From an uncultured Candidatus Saccharibacteria bacterium (GTDB lineage: Bacteria; Patescibacteriota; Saccharimonadia; Saccharimonadales; Saccharimonadaceae): 64,000 bases of DNA. The notes beneath the pieces are model-generated. The model was not told the DNA's origin. It searched no databases and saw nothing but the letters and a program-made list of their open reading frames with translations. Position 1 is the stretch's first letter; each line of letters opens with the position of its first letter. The position numbers and the translations under genes were made by a program. This document shows, piece after piece, positions 8,922-18,938 of this stretch. The stretch spans positions 852 through 64,851 of the forward strand of contig CAUQMR010000001.1 in the NCBI GenBank assembly GCA_963519285.1, given 5' to 3'.

Positions 8922-9908
8922 TCAATCAAGAGAAATGTAGTAGGTAGCCTTCTTTTCAGTCTTAAATGTATCAACTTTAGCCTTAAATACCGTCAGTGGC
9001 ACATGGATGTAGCTATACTTCACAGAACTATCAGTTCGCTCATCAACACGGATAAAGTAGTAGCCGTCGCCAGAAACCGTCTGCTTGGCTTCTGAAGTGG
9101 TTCCCGGTTCAATTTTCAGAGCCTGTTCAGTGATGCCGTCAGCATTATCCTTGCCAACTGACATGTCGGCAACATATTGCACTGATTGACCATGTTCTGT
9201 CGCAATATCTGCCAAGCTTTTACCTGATTTTATGGCTCCATCTATAGCAGAAACCAGGTTGGTTGCCTTGTCATCAACAGCAAAGGATACTTTACTAGTG
9301 ATTAGGCTATCTCGAAGGTTTTCTTTCATCTCAGCGAGAGACAATCCCAATGTCTTACGAACGGCAGCATCATACGAAGCATCAGAAAGTCCGCGCTTAT
9401 GCCGTTGCAACGCTGCATCAATCTCAGAATCTGATACTGTGATTCCCTTTTCTTGAGCAATTTTCTTTGCGTATGTAATTTTTACAACTAGGTCCATGGA
9501 CTGTTGTCGTTGAAACTTCACCTTATCATCACCACCCAGACGATTGACTGACTCGAGGGAAGCTAATGTACTGCGGTAGTATCGTAAATAGTCACTATAG
9601 CGAACTGTTGCACCTTCGATGGACGCCACAGGCAGTGGTACAGTGCGCGTGATGCGATAAGCGACATCCCCTGTGTCACGCCAAATGTAAAGCTGAACCC
9701 ACACAAACACCGTCATCAAGATTGCTGTTCCAAGTCCAATGAATATAGCGTTCCACACCAACCGGTGCCTGGTGTATTGAATTGGGTACTTGTGCTTACG
9801 ACCACCCGCCAGAATCTTCTCACGATGTTCAGCGACCGTATCGTTAGTGATACGCGTCGGTACTTTTTTCGACTTTTCTGACTTACGCTTCAGTGCTTTC
9901 TTGATCAT
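8922..9908 (-). CDS. SurA/PrsA-like membrane-anchored foldase
   Basis: N-terminal TM, VASIEG, IAQEKGITVSDSEID SurA-N pattern, degenerate parvulin (GYYFIRV). GAAAGGAA before ATG 9908. Confidence 0.75.
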   Translation of the reverse strand: MIKKALKRKSEKSKKVPTRITNDTVAEHREKILAGGRKHKYPIQYTRHRLVWNAIFIGLGTAILMTVFVWVQLYIWRDTGDVAYRITRTVPLPVASIEGATVRYSDYLRYYRSTLASLESVNRLGGDDKVKFQRQQSMDLVVKITYAKKIAQEKGITVSDSEIDAALQRHKRGLSDASYDAAVRKTLGLSLAEMKENLRDSLITSKVSFAVDDKATNLVSAIDGAIKSGKSLADIATEHGQSVQYVADMSVGKDNADGITEQALKIEPGTTSEAKQTVSGDGYYFIRVDERTDSSVKYSYIHVPLTVFKAKVDTFKTEKKATYYISLD

Positions 9909-10416
9909 GACTATTCCTTTCATTCGCTATTTCTACTGCATCTTGCAACATGTTGTAAATTTTATTTGGGTGTTCCACATTCTTAATCACAAGATCACCG
10001 ACAAATGTTTGAATAATAATCGTTCCAAACTTGAACATTTCGCCGCTAAACCCTGGGATATTATAACTGATAGTTTGAATTTTTCGTAGTTGCAATTCTA
10101 CAACATCCTTACCAAAGAACCCACGTTGCGTAACCTGGCGAATTCGCCGATCCGTCACAATGAAGTAGGTAAAAAACCACATGAGAAAATGATAAATAAA
10201 CAACAACAGCCCAAAGATAAAGCTACCAAAGAATACCCACAGCAGTTCGAGGTTACTTTGCCAAATCAAAAACGGCACTGCACCAAATGTCATAGGTAAT
10301 AGCAGACAATAGAAACCTTTGCGCATGGCAATAATGTGGCGACGAAAGACAAACAACAACTCCTCGCCACCGCGTTGGCCATCAAAAGCCTTAACTGTTT
10401 TAGTCTTCTTTGTCAT
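9883..10416 (-). CDS. Membrane protein with bacterial PH domain
   Basis: Two TM helices then FIVTDRRI..RGFF..KIQTI..FGTIIIQT, typical of bPH domains. Confidence 0.75.
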   Translation of the reverse strand: MTKKTKTVKAFDGQRGGEELLFVFRRHIIAMRKGFYCLLLPMTFGAVPFLIWQSNLELLWVFFGSFIFGLLLFIYHFLMWFFTYFIVTDRRIRQVTQRGFFGKDVVELQLRKIQTISYNIPGFSGEMFKFGTIIIQTFVGDLVIKNVEHPNKIYNMLQDAVEIANERNSHDQESTEA

Positions 10417-10422
10417 AGTCTA

Positions 10423-10499
10423 TGGTACCCCGGGCAGGAGTCGAACCTACAACCTTATCCTTAGGACGGATCTGCTCTATCCAGTTGAGCTACCGAGGC
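10423..10499 (-). tRNA. tRNA-Arg(CCT)
   Basis: GCCTCGG/CCGGGGT acceptor stem, ATCC-GTCCTAA-GGAT anticodon arm, GGTTCGACTCC, encoded CCA. Confidence 0.95.
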
Positions 10500-10541
10500 A
10501 TATTACTATTATACCACGGTAACTCTGTGGATATACCAGTG

Positions 10542-11069
10542 TTATCGAGTAAATTTTTCACTCAGTGTTGTATAATTTACCAATTCTGCCTCTTCAAACC
10601 AGTGGGCAATCTCTTGAACGGCCTCTTCAGAGTCGCCAGAGGCATGGATCAGGTTTGGAATGCCCTTACGGCATGAGTCGGCATAACCAAAGCTGACGTG
10701 TGAGTAGTCACCACGGATTGTACCCATGTCAGCAGATTTCGGTTCGGTTGGGCCAACAATTTTACGAACCACTGCTACAGCTTCCACACCCTCGAGCACC
10801 ATGGCAATCACTGGACCATCCATCATCATATCTAGTGTAATATTGAGGGTCTCTTCACCACGACGAGTTGCTAATTTGCCAATGCCCTCATAGTGTTTTT
10901 GATAATGTTCCCTGTCTGGAGATACCATCTTGACACCAATAATCTTTAGACCAACTCGCTCAAAGCGTTGTAAAATTTCCCCCACAATTCCCCGCTGGAC
11001 TGCGTCTGGTTTGAATATAATCAGTGTTCGCTCAACTCCACAGAAAACCTTTCCATCATTACTTGCCAT
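10542..11069 (-). CDS. ndk: Nucleoside-diphosphate kinase
   Basis: ERTLIIFKPDAVQRG, GTIRGDY, NLIHASG. Confidence 0.96.
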   Translation of the reverse strand: MASNDGKVFCGVERTLIIFKPDAVQRGIVGEILQRFERVGLKIIGVKMVSPDREHYQKHYEGIGKLATRRGEETLNITLDMMMDGPVIAMVLEGVEAVAVVRKIVGPTEPKSADMGTIRGDYSHVSFGYADSCRKGIPNLIHASGDSEEAVQEIAHWFEEAELVNYTTLSEKFTR

Positions 11070-11153
11070 TGTAGCTCCTTTCGTTAGTATTTGTCTTATG
11101 ATAGCAAAAAGCCATTATTTGATAAACTGCCTAAATACCCGTACAATAGGCTT

Positions 11154-12077
11154 ATGTTTGTATCAGAGGCACTAACTGATTTCCTGGAGCATTTAGAGAT
11201 AGAGGGCGGTAGAAGCCAAAATACCATCCGAAACTATTCGTTATATCTGGAACGATTCATTGAATTTGCTGGCGACATAGAAGTAGTAAAAATTACATCA
11301 GAGATGATTCGGCGCTATCGCCTGTGGTTAAATCGTTATAAAAATGACAACGATGGCAAAGAGTTGTCAATTTTAACACAGAGCTACCACTTGATTGCGC
11401 TGCGTGGCTTTCTCACCTATCTGTCGCGGCGTGATATCCCCTCATTATCTGCCGACAAAATCATCTTACCGAAGACGGTTCGCAAACAGGTGACTTTTTT
11501 ACAATATGATGAGGTGGTTAATTTGATAGACAATATACCACTAGACAGTGAGCAGGGCTTGCGCGACCGAGCAATCATCGAGCTACTTTTTTCCAGTGGA
11601 CTGCGCGTTTCGGAGCTCGTTAATCTCAATCGAGACCACATCAACCTCAAACGACGAGAGTTTATGGTGCGTGGAAAAGGCCAAAAAGACCGACCAGTGT
11701 TTGTTTCACAGCATGCCGCTGAACAGGTCGAAAATTACCTACAAGCTCGTCAAGACAGCCTACCTGCTCTTTTTCTTAGCTACAGCAGACGGTCGACTAA
11801 GCCAACAATGTCAGGCGATTATCGTCGCTTATCTGCACGTAGTATTCAACGGATGATATCACACTATGCTCGTCTGGCGGGGATAACTAAACACGTCAGC
11901 CCCCACACCATGCGACACAGTTTTGCTACGGACTTATTAATGAATGGCGCTGATTTACGCTCAGTTCAATCACTCTTGGGTCATAGCAGTATATCCACTA
12001 CTCAGGTGTATACGCACGTCACTGACCAACACTTAAAAGACATACACGAACGCTTTCACAGCGATACTTCTCAGTAG
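11154..12077 (+). CDS. XerC/XerD-family tyrosine recombinase
   Basis: SAM-like N-domain, RDRAIIELLFSSGLRVSEL, HTMRHSFAT, LLGH..TTQVYTHV catalytic set. Start set at ATG 11154. Confidence 0.93.
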   Translation: MFVSEALTDFLEHLEIEGGRSQNTIRNYSLYLERFIEFAGDIEVVKITSEMIRRYRLWLNRYKNDNDGKELSILTQSYHLIALRGFLTYLSRRDIPSLSADKIILPKTVRKQVTFLQYDEVVNLIDNIPLDSEQGLRDRAIIELLFSSGLRVSELVNLNRDHINLKRREFMVRGKGQKDRPVFVSQHAAEQVENYLQARQDSLPALFLSYSRRSTKPTMSGDYRRLSARSIQRMISHYARLAGITKHVSPHTMRHSFATDLLMNGADLRSVQSLLGHSSISTTQVYTHVTDQHLKDIHERFHSDTSQ

Positions 12078-12080
12078 GAT

Positions 12081-13208
12081 TTAGGGGTCGCAAGCTCCGC
12101 CTTCTACGATATTGCCGGCAAGCGAGAAATCCTTACACAAGTTATTTAATACTTCCACAGATCCGGCTGGATACCATATATCCTCACCAAGTCGGAGGCG
12201 CGCTTCTACACGACGGAACAGATTATTTGCTCGACCTGTCGAGTCAACCGCCGGCTGAGCACCATAAAGCATAACCTGCTCCGTTCCTTTCATGACAGAT
12301 ACACGCACATTAGCGCCCTTGTAGAGGTGATTTATCGCTAGAAAGGCATTTGCGCTGGCTTCCGGGCTCACCTCATCAAGCTCAATAATAGCTCTACATG
12401 AATGACCATGAGGATGTGCAAAATCCTTAGAACATAATACCCCTGTTGGTTCGTTACGAGTCGTTGGCGTATCAGTAGCGCGGCGTAATGAGCCCTTGTG
12501 CACTACATTTTCTACCGCTGGCACCCCTGAAACGATACCGTTAGGGCGCAAAAAGACCGCCTGGGATGCCGACGAAGAATCTAGGCTATCTATGGTGAAA
12601 TTATTGCCTGGTGTAATAACCTGAGCACGCAAAACAGCTGGAGCTTGAGTACTCCAAGTAGCCTTTTCTGGTAGGCTAATATCGCCATTGTGAACATCGG
12701 CCAACGCCACGTTTTTATTGGCATTATCTTCCTTATTAAACCACTCGATTATCACTTTATCGAACGCTCCCCGAGCACGCAACGGCACCAATTGCACCTT
12801 ATTTTCCGCTCCTACATACAAGAAATCTTCAGTATCCATAGAAACCTTCAGACAGGTATACGCCTGATCGAATTTCCTACCGTTTGAACTGTTGGTTTGG
12901 ACCAAGGTTTCTTGCGCATTGCCAGCACCTCCCAATACCGCTGATTGACGAACACTGTTGCAATCTTTCTTTTCCAGGGCATCACATGCCGAAGCATTGC
13001 CCTTCTGACACGCACGAATCACGCGTTTTGCGTCTTCCACACCAGCCAGCGCAGCATCATAGGCACTTTGCGACAAGTCGTTATTGATGGCTTGCTGCTG
13101 ATCTTTGAGCATTAATTTCACAAAGCCAGCTGCTAGAATGGTCAATAACATTGCCGAAAAAATGACTGCAAACAAAGATGCTGCGCCCGATTCTTTTCTC
13201 TTATCCAT
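12081..13208 (-). CDS. PilX-like minor pilin
   Basis: KESG|AASLFAVIF leader lacking Glu5, AYDAALAGVEDA PilX-N pattern, paired Cys. Confidence 0.8.
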   Translation of the reverse strand: MDKRKESGAASLFAVIFSAMLLTILAAGFVKLMLKDQQQAINNDLSQSAYDAALAGVEDAKRVIRACQKGNASACDALEKKDCNSVRQSAVLGGAGNAQETLVQTNSSNGRKFDQAYTCLKVSMDTEDFLYVGAENKVQLVPLRARGAFDKVIIEWFNKEDNANKNVALADVHNGDISLPEKATWSTQAPAVLRAQVITPGNNFTIDSLDSSSASQAVFLRPNGIVSGVPAVENVVHKGSLRRATDTPTTRNEPTGVLCSKDFAHPHGHSCRAIIELDEVSPEASANAFLAINHLYKGANVRVSVMKGTEQVMLYGAQPAVDSTGRANNLFRRVEARLRLGEDIWYPAGSVEVLNNLCKDFSLAGNIVEGGACDP

Positions 13209-13911
13209 TGGTCCTCACTATCATCTCAAAATTATTAATTGCACAGAAATTGAAATTGGACTCATTGTCTTCTGGTGGCTTACAGGCCATGTCCTGCAGC
13301 TCGGCAACAGCACTTGTCCCCAGTGTGAACGATACTTTGTACAGCGCCTCTGAATTATTAGCTGACGTAACGCGAGACGCCGTAAAATCATGCACGGCAA
13401 TGGCTACATCAGTGCCATCAATAGGCCGCAGCAAATGCGTAACTCGCTCTGGCTCGATGTCCATCGGATATGAACCTGAGGTCGATTGACACAACGCAGC
13501 ATCTTCATCCAATACTCGCGCTAGGTTAATAGCCTGACCATTAGAGCGAACAACTCCACTGCCACTCCGGCGAATAACTGGATCATCAATCGCGGAAGCC
13601 ATGTTCCAAACGTAGGAATATTGACCCAAACATACACGACCGCTTCTAACTGACCCAGATTCACGGACTAAAATGACCGGGTTGGCTGAATTGACAATCT
13701 TAGTGGCGCTACTCTGTAGAAAGTCTCGACGAATGACATCACTAATCGTTCTACCCGACTGATTAACTGTCTTCATGACGGTACCGCGGTTATATATTTT
13801 GCCAGCCTGAACAGCGACCATAGCAACGGACAATAGTAATACTGATACAAATGCCATCGCTAACATCAGCTCTACTAAGGTAAATCCTGAATTAGCTCTT
13901 CTCTGGTGCAT
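13201..13911 (-). CDS. Type IV minor pilin (PilW-like)
   Basis: NSG|FTLVELMLAM prepilin cleavage/methylation motif. Confidence 0.88.
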   Translation of the reverse strand: MHQRRANSGFTLVELMLAMAFVSVLLLSVAMVAVQAGKIYNRGTVMKTVNQSGRTISDVIRRDFLQSSATKIVNSANPVILVRESGSVRSGRVCLGQYSYVWNMASAIDDPVIRRSGSGVVRSNGQAINLARVLDEDAALCQSTSGSYPMDIEPERVTHLLRPIDGTDVAIAVHDFTASRVTSANNSEALYKVSFTLGTSAVAELQDMACKPPEDNESNFNFCAINNFEMIVRTNG

Positions 13912-14443
13912 ATAACCTCACAATCGTTCCTATCGTCACAGGCCTTGGCTGACTTGGCGCGTACCAACAAGCCTGAATATACGCATCGTAGGCAGATCCA
14001 CCGGTGACATGCACCAATTGCACAGAAATACCGTATGAAACATCACCCTCTTGTTTGGCATACACTTGAGCTGGCATATACGACGATACTCGACTAAGAA
14101 CATCGCTGCGCGAGCGCAGTGCAAATTCACCGTCACCAAAGTGGTCTGGGCAAGTGTCGACATTTAGGATCTCATTTGCAGCATCTTTTTTGGGCAAGTT
14201 CTTCCATAGCTCAGCCATGGCAGCATCGCCCTTGTGGGAATTGTTATGCACAAAACGGAGCATCTCTGCTTGCGCGTCAATCTGCTGGCGAACCAGTGTT
14301 GACTCAAGAGACTGCTGAGCTATAGACAGTCCCCGATTCATCACCGTCAGACAACCGACAGCAACCGCACTAAAAACAGCAGTCGCCAGCATGACCTCAA
14401 TCAAGGTATCTCCAACCTGATGCTTACAGCGCTTTACACGCAT
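13892..14443 (-). CDS. Type IV minor pilin (PilV-like)
   Basis: QVG|DTLIEVMLA prepilin motif. Confidence 0.85.
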   Translation of the reverse strand: MRVKRCKHQVGDTLIEVMLATAVFSAVAVGCLTVMNRGLSIAQQSLESTLVRQQIDAQAEMLRFVHNNSHKGDAAMAELWKNLPKKDAANEILNVDTCPDHFGDGEFALRSRSDVLSRVSSYMPAQVYAKQEGDVSYGISVQLVHVTGGSAYDAYIQACWYAPSQPRPVTIGTIVRLYAPEKS

Positions 14444-15110
14444 TTCCCGCCCCCTTAACCGTCAATGCTTCACTGGATCCAGCGCGCGCACCGATAAAGA
14501 CCGACAAACGTTCTGGAGCGAACCATTTTTCATCATAGATACAAACTTCATAGGTCGCGTCGCCACTAGTCGTCAATAATTCACTGATTTTATCATCTGG
14601 ATAGGTGCGCGAATCTGAGCGTATGGCCAACTCTCCGGTGGCAGGATTGCGAACCATAGCGACCGACAAACCGCCGCCAGCTGGCTCAACAAGCGCTGTT
14701 TTTACACTCCAGTTGGTCTGATATTCAGCGACATTATTATTTGACGATCGATATGACCAGGTTTTTCCATCAGCCCCAAGCAACGCATAAATTAGCTTCA
14801 CGCGGAAGCTTCTACCCTGATCGTCGCCAATGATATAGCGCCCTACTATCACGCAGTTTGACTGCCCCCGATAGCCATTGACACTAGCCCCCGGAATAGG
14901 ACACGGATCGGTTGGTTGTCGATCATTTTCTATACTAATAACCTTTGAGTACTGTTCGGTTAAAAAATTGGCGTAAGATTGGACAGCGTCGCGATACTGT
15001 TGGCGCTGAATAGCCACACCGATACCAGCCAATAAGGCAATCGCCATGGTGCCGGAGATTGCTAGAAACATTGTTACTTCAATTACAGTAAAGCCACCCT
15101 GTCGTCGCAT
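14424..15110 (-). CDS. Type IV minor pilin (FimT/FimU-like)
   Basis: QGG|FTVIEVTMFLAI prepilin motif. Confidence 0.85.
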   Translation of the reverse strand: MRRQGGFTVIEVTMFLAISGTMAIALLAGIGVAIQRQQYRDAVQSYANFLTEQYSKVISIENDRQPTDPCPIPGASVNGYRGQSNCVIVGRYIIGDDQGRSFRVKLIYALLGADGKTWSYRSSNNNVAEYQTNWSVKTALVEPAGGGLSVAMVRNPATGELAIRSDSRTYPDDKISELLTTSGDATYEVCIYDEKWFAPERLSVFIGARAGSSEALTVKGAGNACKAL

Positions 15111-15144
15111 ATCTCTAGTATAGCATAAGCGGTTTCTTTAGCCA

Positions 15145-16026
15145 TCATATGAGCGGGAATAATCCACGGATAATTTCTGGACCAATGAACCAGGTCAGCA
15201 AAAATCCAACTATCAAGAGCGGTCCAAACGGCACTTTAGCCTTACGGTCTAGTGTTCCCCTTACCATCCCAGGTAGCACCATCAGGGTACCAAGGAGATT
15301 AGCTGCAAAGAGACACAGAAACGCCAACTTCCAATCAGCCAAGAATAATGCCAAACCAAGACCAAGCTTGACGTCCCCAAACCCAATCCATTCACCCTTG
15401 GAAATAGCGTATAGTACGAGGTATAGTCCACTCAAAATAACTACCGCTCCACTGAGTGTCATCAAAAGGCCGACGATGTCCGAAGAGGTTATAAACCGTG
15501 TGGCTACAAAAATACCACCCAGCGCAACGAATGGCCACATGGCAATATCAGGCAAAATAGACCATTTTAGATCGTAAACGAACAACATTGTTAATGGAAC
15601 TAAGGCTGACAGCCACACAACTACCCGCAATAACCCCAGATCAGAGAACGACTCTGGCCAGAACCATACTGAAAGCGCAAACAAAGCCCCCAGACCAAGT
15701 TCTAACAAAAGTTCAGTATAGCCAATGTTCGCCTTACAATACCGACACTTACCACCAAACCGTAGCCAACTGACAACTGGGATTAGATCTTTCCAGGTTA
15801 AGTCATGGTGGCACGACAGACACTGTGAACGGTCTTGTTTGAGTTTTTTGCCAACGAGAGGCTTGAGTTTTTTCCACTCGGCGGCATCTATCTTTTCACC
15901 AGCAGCTTTATCTTGTTTGAGTTGCCAAGCTCGCAGGCGCCAGACCTGAGCCCCAGCAAAGCTACCTAAGACCGCCCCTAATAGCCCAATCCCTACGGTC
16001 ATACTGATCATAATACAACTATCCAT
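15145..16026 (-). CDS. pilD: Prepilin peptidase (A24)
   Basis: RSQCLSC..GKCRYC Zn motifs, YD and GFGDVKL aspartates, VPFGP. Confidence 0.95.
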   Translation of the reverse strand: MDSCIMISMTVGIGLLGAVLGSFAGAQVWRLRAWQLKQDKAAGEKIDAAEWKKLKPLVGKKLKQDRSQCLSCHHDLTWKDLIPVVSWLRFGGKCRYCKANIGYTELLLELGLGALFALSVWFWPESFSDLGLLRVVVWLSALVPLTMLFVYDLKWSILPDIAMWPFVALGGIFVATRFITSSDIVGLLMTLSGAVVILSGLYLVLYAISKGEWIGFGDVKLGLGLALFLADWKLAFLCLFAANLLGTLMVLPGMVRGTLDRKAKVPFGPLLIVGFLLTWFIGPEIIRGLFPLI

Positions 16027-16050
16027 ACCTCTTATGGTAACAGAAATGCC

Positions 16051-16085
16051 AAAAAAAAGCAGCCTCCGTTGATGAGGAGGCTGCT
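16051..16085 (-). terminator. Intrinsic terminator after the major pilin gene
   Basis: Minus strand AGCAGCCTCC..GGAGGCTGCT hairpin followed by a T-run. Confidence 0.85.
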
Positions 16086-16101
16086 GTGATTGACCTAGTT
16101 T

Positions 16102-16557
16102 CTAAGCACCGCTGTCTTGGCAGAAGTGAGTTGGGCCACCTTCAAGCAAAACCACAACAGCAAACTGCCGTGAAGTACCAGGTACTAGTACCTGCTTCTC
16201 CTTAGAGCTTTCACCACATTTCATGCCAGTAACGACCTTAATTTGGGTATCACCAACAGTAACTGAAGTCTTTTTACTGTCAACTGAAACCTGCTCTTTG
16301 TTGGTGTATTTTGACAGATCCGTGCCCAAAAATGATCGGAGCTTCTCAGTGCCTGGCCATGCGCCACGGTTAGCATTGGAGTAGTTAGTCACCGCTGTCG
16401 CAACCAGGCTCAAATCGTTTTTACGAGCCGTATCACGTTGGTTACGGTTTAGTACCGGCACGGCGATGAAGACCATCAGGAATATCAGTGCTGCAATACC
16501 CAGAACCAATACCACTTCTATGATCGTAAAACCTTTTTTATCTTGTGTGTTGATCAT
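16102..16557 (-). CDS. Type IV pilin, probable major subunit
   Basis: KKG|FTIIEVVLVL, C-terminal Cys pair; has its own -10-like box, GAAAGGTGG SD and terminator. Confidence 0.88.
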   Translation of the reverse strand: MINTQDKKGFTIIEVVLVLGIAALIFLMVFIAVPVLNRNQRDTARKNDLSLVATAVTNYSNANRGAWPGTEKLRSFLGTDLSKYTNKEQVSVDSKKTSVTVGDTQIKVVTGMKCGESSKEKQVLVPGTSRQFAVVVLLEGGPTHFCQDSGA

Positions 16558-16638
16558 AAAGTTTCCACCTTTCTATGATCTATTACTAATGTTAGCGGTA
16601 GTGCTTATCCTTATAATACACGGTAACTGGCACGTTGT

Positions 16639-17850
16639 CTAGATTCCTACATGGTTAACCAGACTATAGATTGGGAACAAAATAGCCCCCACCATACCAG
16701 CCGCGACAATAGCCAAGAACACCATCAATACCGGCTCAATGGCAGTCGATATGGCTTTAATCTCCTCGTCAAGCTCATTTTCGTAGATCTGAGCTGTCTT
16801 GCCCATCATTTCATCAACCTTACCTGATTGCTCTCCAATTTTGATCATATGAGGCACCATCTCCAAGATATATTCCTCACTTTTCAGCGACAGGGACAGC
16901 GCCTTTCCGCCCTTCACTTTGTCAGCGGCACGCATGATTTCCTCGCTCACGATGACGTTGTTGACACCGTCCGCAGCAATCTTCAGCATATCAAGCATTG
17001 GCACGCCAGTTGATAACAGGGTCTGTCCCGTTCGAGTAAACCGCGCCATGTAGAGCTTACGGAACATACCTTTAAACAGCGGCACATTAAGCTTAAATTT
17101 GTCCTTCATATGAATACCCGCCTCTGTTCGCAAGTACTGGGCAAAGAAGTAAATGCCAAATCCCAGTAAAATAGCCAACAGCCACCAGAAATTGATGAAG
17201 AAATCAGCGATACTGACCATCAGTTGCGTCAAAATCGGCAATTCTCGCCCAACGTCTTTATAGAGGCCTTTGACTTGTGGTACGACCGAAACTGTCATAA
17301 ACCCAACCACCATAACGATCACCGCCAGCACAATGGATGGATAGGTTAAAGCACCTTTAACCTTACGCAGCATCGCAGCGTCTTTCTCCTGCTGGTTCGC
17401 TACTCGTTTCAAGGCTTCATCTAACGTTCCGGAGGCCTCACCTGCTGAAACTAAGGCAATGAATAGCTTATCAAACACTTCAGGGTGTTTCGAAAAGGCA
17501 TCAGACAACTGCTTACCACCCTCAATATCAGCGATCACTTCCTGAACGATGCCCTGCATGCGCTTATTGGACGTTTGTTCTAACACCGTACGCATACTTT
17601 GCGACAAAGGCAACCCCGCACCAATCAACGTCGATAACTGACGCGTGAACAATATCTTGTCTTTGGACGTGATACGCCCCAGTATCCTATCGATAACGTT
17701 TGACCTATCGTCCTCAAGCTCAATTTTTAATGGCACAAAGCCTTGATCGGTCAACAGGCGGGCAGCCGCATGTTCACTCTCAGCCTGAACGACTGATTTG
17801 ACTATTTTATTACTGGCGCTATCCCTGGCTTCGTAGGCGTATTTTTTCAT
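16639..17850 (-). CDS. pilC: Type IV pilus platform protein (T2SS F family)
   Basis: FTRQLSTLIGAGLPL, AGEASGTL, IGEQSG, two T2SSF repeats. Confidence 0.95.
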   Translation of the reverse strand: MKKYAYEARDSASNKIVKSVVQAESEHAAARLLTDQGFVPLKIELEDDRSNVIDRILGRITSKDKILFTRQLSTLIGAGLPLSQSMRTVLEQTSNKRMQGIVQEVIADIEGGKQLSDAFSKHPEVFDKLFIALVSAGEASGTLDEALKRVANQQEKDAAMLRKVKGALTYPSIVLAVIVMVVGFMTVSVVPQVKGLYKDVGRELPILTQLMVSIADFFINFWWLLAILLGFGIYFFAQYLRTEAGIHMKDKFKLNVPLFKGMFRKLYMARFTRTGQTLLSTGVPMLDMLKIAADGVNNVIVSEEIMRAADKVKGGKALSLSLKSEEYILEMVPHMIKIGEQSGKVDEMMGKTAQIYENELDEEIKAISTAIEPVLMVFLAIVAAGMVGAILFPIYSLVNHVGI

Positions 17851-17853
17851 ATA

Positions 17854-18924
17854 TTATCCTCGCAACAACCTTTCTAGTTCCGTTAGATCAACTGCGAATT
17901 CGCGTGCGCTATCATAGGTAATCGTACCATTTTGCACCAGATTTGCCAGAGTTCGGTCCATGGTCTGCATGCCCTGCTCGGCACCAGTCTGAATCACCGC
18001 GTCTAGCTGGTGAGATTTGCCTTCACGGATGATGTTACGCACTGCTGGGTTAGCAATGAGGATTTCTGCCGCCACCACACGACCACCACCGATGGCTGGC
18101 ACCAAGCGCTGCGAACAGATAGCCATCAAGATATTACTGAGCTGTGCTCGAATTTGTGGCTGTTGGTGTGGTGGAAATACGTCAATCATACGGTCAATCG
18201 ACTGGGCAGCCGAGTTGGTGTGTAGCGTGGCAAACACCAAGTGTCCCGTTTCAGCAATGGTAATAGCCGCTGAAATGGTTTCCAAGTCACGCATCTCACC
18301 AATCAGCACCACGTCTGGGTCCTGACGCAAGCTGGATCGCAGCGCCGCTGAAAATGAGTAGGTGTCGTAGTGAACTTCTCGCTGCACAACGACTGATTGC
18401 TTGGATTTGTGAGTAAACTCAATTGGGTCTTCAATAGTGATAATGTGATGTGACTTTTCTGAGTTAATTTTATCAATCAATGATGCCAGGGTCGTCGACT
18501 TACCAGAACCTGTTGGACCTGTCACCAACACCAAACCTCGCGGAAAGTCAGCAAAACTATTGACGATCGGCGGCATGCCCAGCTCGGTGGCTGATTTGAT
18601 TTCATTTGGAATCAAACGCAAGGCAGCTGCCAAATTACCTCGTTCATGAAAGGCATTAACACGAAATCGCCCCAATGTACCAAACGCAAAACTGAAGTCA
18701 AACTCTTTGTCTTTCAACAAAATCTGACGCTGATCTTCGTCTAAAATCTGGAACACCAAACGCTCAACTGCCGCCTCATCAAGTGGCATAGTACCAGCCA
18801 CTGGCATCAACCGTCCATCGATACGCAGCATCGGTGGCAAGCCTACTTGAATATGGAGGTCAGATGCACGCTTCTTAACCACATCTTCCAGTAATAGTTC
18901 AATTCTTAGCTCTTGATTGTTCAT
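17854..18924 (-). CDS. pilT: Type IV pilus retraction ATPase
   Basis: GPTGSGKSTT, EDPIE, LRQDPD, AETGHLV, AVRNIIRE, GMQT. Confidence 0.97.
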   Translation of the reverse strand: MNNQELRIELLLEDVVKKRASDLHIQVGLPPMLRIDGRLMPVAGTMPLDEAAVERLVFQILDEDQRQILLKDKEFDFSFAFGTLGRFRVNAFHERGNLAAALRLIPNEIKSATELGMPPIVNSFADFPRGLVLVTGPTGSGKSTTLASLIDKINSEKSHHIITIEDPIEFTHKSKQSVVVQREVHYDTYSFSAALRSSLRQDPDVVLIGEMRDLETISAAITIAETGHLVFATLHTNSAAQSIDRMIDVFPPHQQPQIRAQLSNILMAICSQRLVPAIGGGRVVAAEILIANPAVRNIIREGKSHQLDAVIQTGAEQGMQTMDRTLANLVQNGTITYDSAREFAVDLTELERLLRG

Positions 18925-18938
18925 AGTTCCCCCTTTTT

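Noticed and set aside
5879..10499. tRNA-anchored genomic island or prophage
   Set aside because: No duplicated tRNA 3' ends, integrase or phage genes seen; flanking genes look chromosomal.
11154..13208. Tyrosine recombinase next to minor pilins as a shufflon or pilin-switching system
   Set aside because: The protein looks like a housekeeping Xer recombinase, and I saw no inverted repeats or silent pilin 3' cassettes nearby.
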